NCBI RefSeq assembly: GCF_947507565.1
Contig: NC_089177.1
Location: 426,648 to 490,647 of the forward strand
Reading direction: 5' to 3'
Origin: Oscarella lobularis
Taxonomy: Eukaryota
Length of the DNA: 64,000 nt
Shown piece by piece: positions 25,001 to 35,100 of this stretch (position 1 is the stretch's first letter; every line of letters begins with the position of its first letter). Both the position numbers and the translations under genes were made by a program. The notes beneath the pieces were generated by a model that searched no databases, was not told the origin of the DNA, and worked only from the letters and a program-made list of their open reading frames with translations.

Positions 25001-25447
25001 CGTTTTATGGCCTTGCTGGTGATGCTTCGACGACTTTTAACTGCTGCCATACTAGCACTGTTTACTTGGGACAACCGCGACCTTCAGTCCCTTGCATTCA
25101 ATGGACTATTGCTGTTGTATCTTACTATCGTATGTTCAACGAGGCCATACAATGATGTGTGGGAAAACGTAATGGAAATAACGGCCAACACCATGGTTCT
25201 CGTGACTTTCAACTGCATGACTAATCGAGACTACGAAAACAAAGTTGCTTCGGATATCGTCACGATTACAAATTTTGTTTTTGGTATCATTCTAGTACTC
25301 TCTGCACTAACGAAAGCATTTCTTCTTTGGAAATACTACCGCGCTAAAACAGCTGCCAGACAAGGTCAAGGTCAAGGTCAAGGTCAACGTCGAGGCAGCA
25401 ATGAACCGTTACTCGGAGATCAGTCAGCAAAAAAGAAAGAAACGTAG
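22040..25447 (+). CDS. Intronless gene of 1135 aa: plant-type LRR ectodomain, then a Cys-rich EGF/TNFR-like module, then a polytopic membrane domain of 9 or more predicted TM segments, then a GQGQGQGQ tail
   Basis: A single uninterrupted ORF spans the gene. The LRRNT_2-like cap LLEFFQALNGTKW...CDCWTGISC is followed by about 12 LRRs of the plant-specific LxxLxLxxNxLxGxIP type (NNLTGNIPTDF, NSLSGTLPNF, NHFSGPVLP). A Cys-rich block CHCLPGFYGFNGFCKRCPANGSHCPG...CICQNNATGRVCSLCNDGCYDDGNKCRQC follows. Multiple hydrophobic helices run from VVYVVVGLLVALAPLLWIINMII to IVTITNFVFGIILVLSALT. A (ggtcaa)4 repeat sits at 25367-25390. The gene is about 42% GC against about 55-58% in flanking genes. No N-terminal signal peptide was found in the ORF, so an upstream exon is possible. 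Confidence 0.75.
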   Translation: MRSNSILVLDYTLSETLSGKARESFLLQSGATPIEQLERNELPRNLESGDSCYKSVSYLTSEQIRERKILLEFFQALNGTKWLANKHWDEDDKPHCDCWTGISCYKAGNYTGLVQTIDLKENNLTGQCPKSLLDLTVLEELRLSKNSIRMNLSKFLGDSTTKWSLLQRFDMATCELFGHIPWHIFASWPSLRKIQLGDNTNLTGSIGENIGEITNLGVLSLGHSGIRGSLPQSFEKLVNLWFLDLQFLQLVGDFSQLLHFTKLQYFHAVQNNLTGNIPTDFSSRYRSLVEFSIPENSLSGTLPNFDQPLVNLTVLNLRHNHFSGPVLPLVLNSSTLRYVDLSHNQFTSILPGFNMSSIGLFIAENNLLNLTVNDLDELFVCFVRKCPQRLSIKVLDFSSTGLRGDFLPTLWMMTNIFSIDLSNNSISGVCKSPYLMMLYLQVLDLSDNDLEGEIPSRMSMFQSVLIMNFTGNENMRSSASSTPWFVKPDYQHMSKESETDNFTCPALVMKHTKGWLKVDSKYYNRSVCHCLPGFYGFNGFCKRCPANGSHCPGKQINSKLQMFSNYYPSPSPDDFSNLILCSSIYQDTFRCNPSNNCTCWLSGDGVSRCDKSCICQNNATGRVCSLCNDGCYDDGNKCRQCSSEPTWSKVVYVVVGLLVALAPLLWIINMIIKYKYPQWKHQKLASWIIVFATVGGLSVFVFALLFVRVIPTYVAEIYFLFILIATIDFARDVKVLVVIFVFYLQVLDAMHVTLVEVQCPDCSFVNSFKDLHFYQFYTKLGSIFNFRFSGLACLVPIMFEPIPHLLLLAALPLVFGLFLLIVHLIDYGFFLCLRKPTEDSADSERTNKKLRAINSVKRHFVSVLNLFFFPTSKSTLKVFAGCYTSEDNSYMKAFPWIPCSSSQYHWLEMQASITFVFYGIITLIVFLVSLRLHANKCNCQKKDFSWRHTARIVCGQNATDNGDEEKENDNNDSVMCHYCIPYKSPYNRFMALLVMLRRLLTAAILALFTWDNRDLQSLAFNGLLLLYLTIVCSTRPYNDVWENVMEITANTMVLVTFNCMTNRDYENKVASDIVTITNFVFGIILVLSALTKAFLLWKYYRAKTAARQGQGQGQGQRRGSNEPLLGDQSAKKKET

Positions 25448-25899
25448 TCTCACACGAATATGTCTATGCTGACACCAAATAGAGGCGTTAGCGCAATTTG
25501 AGTTTCACTTGTCCGTGTGTCTGGGAAGTTAGTTTTCTAACCTCTGTCTGACTGGGCCCCAATTATCTTTGTCGTTACTCAACTAGCAAAACAGATTTGA
25601 AATATACGCGTCTTCAAACAAAAGCAGCGTTTCTGTGGCTCCGTGCCAGATTCTCCTATATACCACGTAGCCTAATTAAGCCTTACCAATCAACCTTAAC
25701 TGCCGTTCCTAGACTTGCGGGTCACACTTACAGCTAAACGCAACGGGTGGCCCTTTCCTACTTATTACAAGGCTAACGAATGTAGAGCTAAGCTATAGAC
25801 GATATTATAGTTAATCAACAGCCTACCAAAGCTAATACGGGAGGGGATATAACAAAATAGCCGAGAACGCGTACAAACCCATATCGATACCATTTCATC

Positions 25900-27330
25900 G
25901 CAGTAAACTTACAGCTGCACCAGTCCTTCAGCTGAAGCCAGATTGAATAGAAAGTTTTCCATGGCCGGCGTCAGCTTGCGTGCCTGCAAACTCTCCAGCG
26001 TTATGCCAGCCACACCGTCATCTCCGACTGTCGCCATTTTCTTTAGATTGCCTACAAGCTCTTTCGTTTTGAACGCTAATTCCTAGACAAGAATAATCCC
26101 CAAACCGCGCCCCCAATCTAATGCGAGTCTACTTTGATAAAGAGCTGTTCAGACAGCGAGTCGTCCGCGGCCTGTTGAACCATCTGCATGGCAATGTCTT
26201 TGTGAATCTTACCCATTCCAAAAGACTCTACGGTACATAGGAATACGACGTTAGAATCTATCATCGAAAACTACCTTTTGCATGGCTTGCAATAGAGATA
26301 GAATTTCCAGGAACTAAACCCAATACGTTACTTACTTCGTTCTTCTAACAAAACGATTCTCCTTTTCTTACCGTTAACAAAGACGTCGTAGAGCTCGGCG
26401 CGTGATTCCACTGCCGGATCGGTAAATCCGGCAACGTACGTCGACATCGATTTCAAATCATTCAACTCCGCTTCGTCAATATCGACGTGCGGATAGAGGA
26501 CATTCCAATTCTGTCTCTGCCACACCAGCACCGGCAAAGCTCTAAAGATGAGGTGGGAGTAAAGACCAAGAGATTGCGTTCGGTTTACCTGGTAATTTTC
26601 AGTAGTTCAGGTAGTCTTGGATGATAAACGGCCACCCGTTTCTTTAGCAACAAAGCTGTATACACAAGTATCGTCTCCACCCCGAATTGATTGACAAAAT
26701 CTATAGAAGAACAGAAAAAATGCCCATTTTAAATACAATCCTATATCGGCTTTTTATTACCTTTGATTGATGCTGCAATATAGGCTCGACGCACGTCATA
26801 CGACTTCACTTGAAATTGCCCAGTACATTGTCCCGTAGTAAGAACTTTGAGATACGGTTCGAGGAGCTTAGCCGCGCTGCCTGATGACGCGTACGCCGAC
26901 GCAAGAATAGACATCAACGTCTGATATTTCTCGGGATTGAAATCCTAAGGAGAAGGTTCCATGAGATAGAAGTCGCTGAGCTAGAGTCCAATAGGCAACC
27001 TTTGTTAGAAGAACAACAGAGAAATAGGTCACCTAGGAGATCAGTGGAGCTGAGACGCCCAAGGAAAATATGTTTTGAAATCGGATACTTTGGGGAGGAC
27101 TTCTGATTCGTCGACTTTTGTCGTGTGAATGTAGTGCCACGTTTTGCTGAAATGGCCAAATGTGAAGGGTATTGCAGCGTCTTCGGCCCCTTCTGCAGAG
27201 TCTCCCGAGCTCAGAAGACATTTTCTCCTTAGCCTTTCCATCGTTTCGGAATCGATCGTCGGATAGGACCACGTCCACAAGACGTCCTTGTTCTCGTCTT
27301 TCTCTGCAGCAGCAAAAGTGCATAAACTAA
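25900..27330 (-). CDS. Multi-exon gene for a conserved protein of unidentified family
   Basis: The minus-strand exons are joined by short GT-AG introns. The exon sequences are [181 protein letters not shown] and [57 protein letters not shown], with a stop near 25920. Confidence 0.35.
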
Positions 27331-27401
27331 CATTCGAAACGACGAGAAAGGCGCCCTACCGATCAGTCCAGCGGCAATGAGATCCGTCCCTGCCATCGTG
27401 C

Positions 27402-28135
27402 GTGATGCTAGGGCGTGCGCTAGGCGAAGTAACGCCAACGAAAAACCGTTTCACGATGAGCGTTGGACTGTCATCGGCCGGCGATCGAACAAAACGACGT
27501 CGACGCCGAGAGCTGACCGAAGAACAGAAGCAGGAGATACGCGAAGCGTTCGAACTCTTCGACACGGACAAAGACGACGCGATTGACTATCACGAGCTCA
27601 AGGCATAGCTAAACACTAAACACTCTGCTTCTCAACGTGTCGCGTAACGATGGACTCTCAATCAGGTCGCCATGAAAGCTCTAGGCTTCGACGTAAAGAA
27701 ACAAGACGTTCTCAAAGTCCTTCGCGATTACGATCGCGATGGAAATGGTAAAATAACGTACACGGATTTTTTTGAAGTCAGTAAGTAATTTTTAATTAAA
27801 TAAATATTTAATTAAACAGTATTTAATTTTAATTTTTATAGTGAAAGATTGGATTATGGAACGCGATCCGCAGGAGGAGATTCAAAAGGCGTTCAATCTT
27901 TTTGACGACGACAATACGGGAAAGATCAGTTTACGAAATTTGAGACGCGTAGCTCGTGATCTGGGTGAAAACATTTCAGAGGAAGAACTTCGAGCGATGA
28001 TAGATGAATTTGACAAAGACGGTGATGGAGAAAGTAAGTTCGAATACTCGTGTGAGGAGAATTTAAAAAGAAAATTATTTTTTAGTTAATAGGGATGAGT
28101 TCCTGTCCATAATGACTGGAGATGTAGACTATTAG
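27402..28135 (+). CDS. CETN: Centrin (caltractin), an EF-hand protein with 4 exons
   Basis: Exon 1 at 27402-27601 reads ...[36 protein letters not shown]. Exon 2 at 27666-27780 reads [38 protein letters not shown]. Exon 3 at 27842-28033 reads [64 protein letters not shown]. Exon 4 at 28086-28135 reads [16 protein letters not shown] followed by a stop. Introns 2 and 3 are gtaagt...ag. Intron 1 (27602-27665) begins GC, so it appears to be a GC-AG intron. Confidence 0.8.
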
Positions 28136-28292
28136 ATAATTTCGTCGTTTAGTCGTAAATGCTGCTCTGCGTATTTTATCGATGCTGTTATCGTTAATTA
28201 AATCAACTATGGGCTTTTTCGTGTGTGCACGCGTATCCGGGGTGTGGGTCCGCCCAAACACGTGACATCATCACTCGTTCACCACTCGCTTC

Positions 28293-29498
28293 ATGGGAAA
28301 GGTGAAAGGCTTCGCGATTTTACTCTCGACCGACAAGCCCGTCTACTTTCCGGGCCAGACGATATGCGGCAGCGTCAGATTGGAACTTACGAAGCCGCTC
28401 AAAGCGACAAAAATCATACTCGTCGTGAACGGATTCGCTTCGGTTCGATGGAAAGCGAATCACGCTGAATACAAGGACTCGACGACCTACATCGATCACC
28501 AGATCGTCTTATGGACGCGAGACCGAGCGACCAATTTGACTTCGGGTGCGAACGAATTCGATTTCGCTTACCAATTGCCACGCAACATCCCGTCGTCTTT
28601 CGAATCCCATCAGCGTCATCACGCGCACGTGCGCTATCTTCTCACGGCGAAAGTCGTTCGACCGTGGAAATTCGACGTCAAGTCGAAGAAACCGTTCACT
28701 ATCGTCGAACACGCCGACGTGAATCGGCCCGAGTATCTCGTGCCGCTCCAAAGCGAGAATTCGGTCGCCTTGCGTCGATGTCTCGGCTGCGCATCCGGGA
28801 CGGTGACCCTGAGCGCCAGTCTCGATCGTCGCGCTTACTGCGCCGGCGAGCGCATCAACGGCTTTATCGCAATCGAAAACGCGAGCACTCGTCGTCTCAA
28901 AGGCGTAGTCGTGCGCATCGTCGCGTACAAGACGCTGCACGCGCGACGACGCGAGCAACGCACGTGCGAGACGATCTCGCGCGTTAAACTCGTCGATCAC
29001 GTGGCGCCGCGTAAACGAGCGCGATGGGTGAGCCGGGACTTTGACATACCACCCGTCGTCCCGTCGATACGCACGTGCCGCCTCATTTCCTTGGACTATT
29101 ACTTTGAAGTGCTCGTACTCGGAGCCAATCGACTCTCGCTTTCGTTTCCTATTCTCATTGGCACGGTGCCCTTGGAGGAAGGGAGGGAGGAGGGAGATAG
29201 GGGCGGGGGTATGGTGAGGCCATCGGCATCGTATGTCGATAATCGAACGGCGTCCACGCTACAACGAGGACTGCCCAGACCGTCCCTCTACTTGCCTCCA
29301 ACTTCGACGTCGCCCAACGCTCCCGTGCCGTCTGAGCCGCCGTCCTATGCCGAGGCCGTGGGCGGGTTGGTTAACATAGCGGACGGCGACAGCGATCAGT
29401 TCACGAGAGGCGAGTTGGAGTATGCGCCGATGTATCCGTTTGTGATGACTCTCGTGCCGAGTGCGCCGCCGCCGCCGTACAGCGAGGAGGACTTCTAG
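28293..29498 (+). CDS. ARRDC: Alpha-arrestin (arrestin-domain-containing protein, ARRDC/TXNIP family) with C-terminal PPxY motifs, on a single exon
   Basis: The 401-aa ORF has arrestin_N-like PVYFPGQTICGSVRLELTKPLKATKIILVVNGFASVRW. A second lobe reads GERINGFIAIENASTRRLKGVVVRIVAYKT. The C-terminus carries PPSYAEA and PPPPYSEEDF, the PPxY ligands for NEDD4-family WW domains. Confidence 0.8.
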   Translation: MGKVKGFAILLSTDKPVYFPGQTICGSVRLELTKPLKATKIILVVNGFASVRWKANHAEYKDSTTYIDHQIVLWTRDRATNLTSGANEFDFAYQLPRNIPSSFESHQRHHAHVRYLLTAKVVRPWKFDVKSKKPFTIVEHADVNRPEYLVPLQSENSVALRRCLGCASGTVTLSASLDRRAYCAGERINGFIAIENASTRRLKGVVVRIVAYKTLHARRREQRTCETISRVKLVDHVAPRKRARWVSRDFDIPPVVPSIRTCRLISLDYYFEVLVLGANRLSLSFPILIGTVPLEEGREEGDRGGGMVRPSASYVDNRTASTLQRGLPRPSLYLPPTSTSPNAPVPSEPPSYAEAVGGLVNIADGDSDQFTRGELEYAPMYPFVMTLVPSAPPPPYSEEDF

Positions 29499-29649
29499 CT
29501 TAGTGCGTAGTTAAGATACTTGCTCCTAGAGTTTCACTTTTTTTGGAGAGAATTTGTAAATGCGATTCTATCTCTATTTTCTTCCTCTTACTACTCTCGT
29601 TTGTCGCACGCGACGCGGTTATGTGAAGGAAATGTCGGCAGGCGAAAGT

Positions 29650-31940
29650 GGCATGTCTTCTGCTGACGTCTCTTTAGTCGCTCCGGCACTTAGTTGACTA
29701 ATTTCTTGCAAGAAGCTCTTACCTTCTTGCATGGTCTAGAAGAAAAAAACACATGCAAGGGCTCCCCTAGTCAAAAAGTCCTGTACAAACCTCCGCAAGT
29801 TCGCAACACTTGAGAGCAAACGCTTCGGCTGCCGTCCAATTCTTCGTCACTCTCATATGATAAATTACCAGAAAGCGATAGCAATGGCTCACGTCATTCG
29901 CTGAAGCAACAGACTAAGAGATCACCGATTTAATTAGAACATACCAGCTTCTAATTATTGCTACCCCTGTCTCTTCCCAACGACGAGCGAGTCTCGTATA
30001 AACCTCGGCAGCATTGCTATCTTCGTCCAAAAACTCGTAGAGCCTAAAAGGAGTCGTGTCGTCAGGATGGCTCTCATAAAATTTTAATTAATTGACGTCT
30101 ACTTTGCTAACTGCAGTGCCGCGACATCTTCAACGTCACCATCAGCCACAGCTCGCGAGTAGTACTGCACGAGAACGTGCCAAATTTATCTAGCAAGTAT
30201 CTGTATTGGTAAACCTTCTCAGCGAGATGATATTTCTTCAGCCTTTCGTATGTTCCTCCTAGAGCAATGAGCATTCTGGAGTCCTGCGGCCTGTACTCAG
30301 GAAATGCAAATGCGGAAGATGCAATAGAACAATAAAAACCTACTGTAGAAAGTACGCCTTTTGGTAATAGTGCAAGGAATAAAGAGGCATTTTTAGAACT
30401 TCGTAGGTCTGACCCAAACCGTACCAGGCCTTGAATTCTCGCGGATCAAGATCTGACAGACTGTGTAAATCAATTGGGCTATATATTTTCTTCGATTTCC
30501 TACGCACCAACCGCCTTTCGATACGTCTCAACCGCCGCCGCTATGTTCTTTAGCTCCATGTACTCGTGTCCGAGGAGAGTCCAAGCGGTGGAGAAGCCAG
30601 AATCAAGCGATAGGGCTCGTTTGAAGTACTGCACGGCCTTTTCGTGGTCGCCTCTTAAACTGCAATAGTTTCCTGACAAAAAAAAACACAGCAGTACGAA
30701 AGGGAAGAAATAGAAAAGACCTTCTATCTCTGTACCGACTATACAGCATGTCTGTGGACGATACTTATCTACGATGACGACGTGATGAGCCAAATGGCTA
30801 AGATCTGATTTCATATCCTGTACTCCCCAACAATAAAAAATGCTACAAGAGGTCACAATAGATGCTTACTAGAACAAAGAGAACATTCGAATAAATGTCC
30901 ATGTTGTCCAATCTATAAGGATCCTGGGAAGATATCTCTTTGAAAAGTTGACGCGACTCGTGAAATTCTACGAAAAAGTGAAATCTCAACGAATTGGCTG
31001 ACGTTACGTTACTTCGCCTTCCGTAGTGCGCAATCGCCATTTGGCTCTTCAAGTGCAGCCAATCCTTGGAAACGTTTTCCGTCGCGACGAGCGTCTTATA
31101 CACATCTAGGGCCTTCACAAAGGAGCGCAGATGAACGAGGGCGTACGCCTTGAATACATTCGCCATCCAATGAGAGGGCAAATCGAGATTGTCCAACTAA
31201 CGACGAGCGAATCACGCAATGGGGGAAAAGCAATGACGTGCACGCCCTACGTCCTCCTGCGTCTCGCACGCGTCAGCTAGTTCTTGCCAGGCGGACCACA
31301 GATAGGGTGTCGAGTGCACCGATTTGAGAAAGATCGATGCCGATTCTCCTTTGATACCAAGCTCCTTTAGAATGATACCGTACCTACAAGATTTTGATTG
31401 TGTCCACTAGACGCTTTTGAAAACAAAGTGACGTACAGATAAAGACCATAGCCGTCGAGTTCGCCTTTTTCGTAGAAAGTGCCAAATTCGGCTTTTAGTG
31501 ACTCCAACATGGAATCAGAATCAAGATTATCTAAAGTTGAGACTGCGCTAGATTCACGGCTTCTACTAGAATACTAAACCTTGGTAACAATTTTTAAAAC
31601 CTCGTGCAAATTTTCGAGCCAAATTACTACTCTCTTACCTTTAGAATTGCACGCGCCCTCTACTATCCTCTTCTTATGTCCCTATGGTCCGCATAAGAAA
31701 AACTTTCTTTGTGCATGCACGCTTCCTTACCAAAAAAGCCGAATAGCCTCTCAAGAAGACGCACGGCAGAGACGTGCAGCCTTTCAGGTAAAAGGCAGCG
31801 CGATCGAATTCCTTGCAGTCGAAGCACGACTTCGACAGGCTGTACGAGTCGTATTCGTCCAAATCGTTCCAGTCGTCGAGCTGAGACTGTCGCCAGCCGT
31901 CCGGAGGCGCCGTGCGAGGGAGCGTGATCGCCAATTCGGA
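29650..31940 (-). CDS. CDC23: CDC23 / APC8, the anaphase-promoting complex TPR subunit, multi-exon
   Basis: DEYDSYSLSKSCFDCKEFDRAAFYLKGC (31674..31934) matches human DMDAYTLAKAYFDVKEYDRAAHFLHGC. SHWMANVFKAYALVHL...DPYRLDNMDIYSNVLFV is present. CSLRGDHEKAVQYFKRALSLDSGFSTAWTLLGHEYMELKN is present. [31 protein letters not shown] matches human [28 protein letters not shown]. The C-terminal exon reads RPQDSRMLIALGGTYERL. Confidence 0.8.
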
Positions 31941-32160
31941 CGCCCTGGGAAAAATCGACGAGCAACGGTTCTATTTTAGTCTTCGCATCGGTTTGTTACG
32001 CACCAGCGCGCACTTTTTACTAAGCCGCGATCGTTCATTTCTCTCGCTGCGCGAAGCAGGTCCCATTTTCGAACTGCGGTATTCATTGCCGCCCCGTTTT
32101 CGTTACGCCTACCAAGTTAGCGCGCGAGTGGCATCTTCGAGGACGAAGTTCTCGACGAAC
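31941..32160. promoter_or_regulatory. Putative bidirectional promoter interval between divergent CDC23 (-) and NUP107 (+)
   Basis: A 220-bp head-to-head intergenic gap separates the two genes. The call is an inference from gene arrangement only. Confidence 0.3.
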
Positions 32161-35100
32161 ATGGCCGAATTTCTGCGCGAAAGCGATTTCGATGACGAGG
32201 AAAGTGCACTGGACCGCCTATTTGACCCCGATATCTCGGTAACCAGGTCGAATTCGTATGAAAACCCCTAAAAGAGCCTGAACTCTTTAGGAATTCGACG
32301 AATCAGGAGTAAAGAGTTCAAGACATAAGTAAATTTGCTAGCCTACTGTAGAAATTTTCATAAGAGAATGTACATGCACGCACCGACTGCATTCTCTCGC
32401 GAGTTTTTGAGTGTGAAGGATTGCAGGCAGGCAGGCAGACACTGTAGTACCTGTAGTTACAACTAAAAAAGTGTAAACAGACACAAGCAAAGGTCTGAAA
32501 TGGGAGTAGAACGAAATATTTTCTGTCTAAATCTAACATCTGACGTTATCTCACTGTCTTGCAAGGCCTTTCGACATTTTTTCGCCAAGTCCTATGGTCG
32601 AAAAAGAGGCTCCTATTTCTAATTTTTCACGACGTCAAAGTGGCCTGACAGTCAGCCAAACGCCCGTTCCTCTGTCCAGAGACGTCAATCCGTACCTGTG
32701 GAGTGCTTTGAAACGTTCAACTCCAGGCAAGAAAGTCTTGCCATGAATCATACACATAGTCTATTTTCTCAAATGTGCAGGTCATTCCTTACACCCCACA
32801 AAGAAGACCTCTGCGAATTTGTTGAGTCCGGCAGAAGAAAGAGCTGTATGGTCACAGGACTTGGGACGGATCTGTTTATGATATGTTTTTGTGCGAAGCC
32901 CGCCGTGTCTCGTCATCATCGTCGAAGTAGAGGCAGCTCATTTTCAGCTGAAGTTCGAAGTGCGTTGAAGCCAATGTCTCCGGGTAAGAAGACCTCAAAA
33001 CGCGGTCTTTTCTTGGGAATTATTTTTGCACGTGAAGTTCCGAAGCATTCAAAGCTTGAGCATCTATCTACAACAAAGAAACCCGCAGAAGTACGCACGG
33101 CAAATAGTGTGAGTGATGATGAGTGAGGTTTCCCTATCTGTTCTTTTCAGAAAGTGAGATTTTTGCTGGATGAAAGTATTTTGGACTCTTCTATGCCGAA
33201 ACTTCAATTTCCGGTAGAAATCTCTCGGGGAAATAGGTCGATTCATATGTGACTTGCATTGGTACCAATGCGCAGGATCTAGAGACGGAAAGCAACGCTG
33301 ACACGATGAGCGTTGCATCTGAAGTTCCCATGGAAGAGGAAACAGAAAGAAAAGGAGGAGAAAGAAAACAGCCAACAATTTCTTCTATGTCATTCAAAGC
33401 GGAACGACATCCTGCTCTTGCAGGTGTTTAATTAATACTTGTTAAAAAAGGGGGGAAAACGTACAGGGTTTGTTTATCAGTTGCGCAGGATTTATTTACG
33501 CAATTCCATACTCACTTTGATGCCTGTCAAGATCCGGACAGAATGTTTGATCTGGCCGATAGATACGAGCAGGTTTCCGTCCCAACAAACGTCAACTGAT
33601 CTAAATAGTATTGAATCTGGCTCCCAGAGTTGCCTTGACGCTGAGAAGATTATCAACAAGAAGGCGACCATGAAGCAGTCTCGACGGTCATTTGTCGACC
33701 CGTCAAGGTACGGTAGAGTCATTATCATACGCAGCTCGGTCTTACATTTTTAGGTCTGCTTCGTTTGAACTCTCTCTTATTGTTCGAGAAGAGAAATACA
33801 CGTGGCGCCTTGTGTCGAGCCTTTATAGGTCAGCAGACAATAGTAGCAGTAGTAGGATGAGCAAAATGATAAGAACAAAATTAGGGATAGGATTTCATCG
33901 TACGGCGAAGACGACGAAGACAAAGTTATTGTTCGGTATTTTTACTACCTGCAATTAATCGCGCACTTAATAGATCATTGGATATGATGAGAAGAGGATT
34001 GCTAGGTCCTTGTTTAAATCTGTACCCTTTCTCAGAGAACAACAGGCGGGTTTATAGGATTTACATCACATTGATGAAATAGGTGTCGTTCTTCATAACA
34101 GATTGTCATTGACTGGCTCGAGAAAAACGAAGAAGATAATTTGGAGACTTTGCTGGGACTCAATCAAGTGGGATTTTCAACGGAAAAAGTCCGCTGGTAC
34201 GTCTAAATTACGGAGAGTCGTTCATCTCTAAAATACACTTTTCTTCTCAAGGGAACACACGTTGCACGAGTTAAAGAAAAAGAAGAGAGATCAAGTCTCT
34301 GATCGTCTAGTGACGGAAATGGTGCAACTGACTGGTTATCACGCTATGGTTTCTCTAACATGTGTTTCCCTTAGGATCCGGACGCACCAGCTAGACAGGG
34401 AAGGGATCTACATCCCGAAGACAATGTCAGACAGATAGATCTCTTTCCTCTAGTTCATCGGCTATCTCTTTGATTATTTCAGGAAGAAGAGGCAAGTCTT
34501 TTGAGAGATATGTTTCTTCTGGTCAGAGCTGGACAAGTCAACAAGGCATGATGCCACTGATGCGTACATGTTTATGTAAAAGGGGGACGCGCTTTTAGGC
34601 CCAGCAATTGTGCATAGATTGTGGCCAGCCGTGGCGTGCTGCTACACTGGAAGGTTGGCGATTGTGGCACGATCCAAACTACTGTATGGTATCGTAGAAC
34701 TTTAGACAGGCGGTCCACTAACGCTTGATTGGATAGATATAGATATTTCGAACGAGGAGGACATTCAGCCCGTCGAAGGGAATCCTAATCGCGACATATG
34801 GAAAAGAACGTGTTGGCTGATGACTGACGAAGTGAAAACAGAGCTCTTTTAGAGCGTTTAACGATTTCGTTGTTTTTTTTGCTAGGTACGGTACGGAAAC
34901 TATCAAAAGGCAATCTACGCAGCTCTAACGGGAAACCTCAAGCACGTAAATGAGATTTTTAAATAACTGAAACGTTGTTGTGAAAAGGTTTCTTCTATTA
35001 CATGTAGCTGCTTCCTTTTCTTCACAGCTGGTCGGACGGCGTGTGGGGATACTATAAGGTCATGGTAGACGTTGCCGTTGAAAAAGTACTGAGGGGGGTC

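Noticed and set aside
25367-25390. (ggtcaa)4 repeat, and possible CRISPR-like spacing of other short repeats
   Set aside because: These are simple coding microsatellites (GQGQGQGQ, DNRGKV x3) in a eukaryotic context. There is no repeat-spacer architecture or cas-like genes, so this is not CRISPR.
28509-29000. Overlapping 163-aa (-) and 158-aa (+) ORFs
   Set aside because: They are alternate frames inside the GC-rich alpha-arrestin exon.
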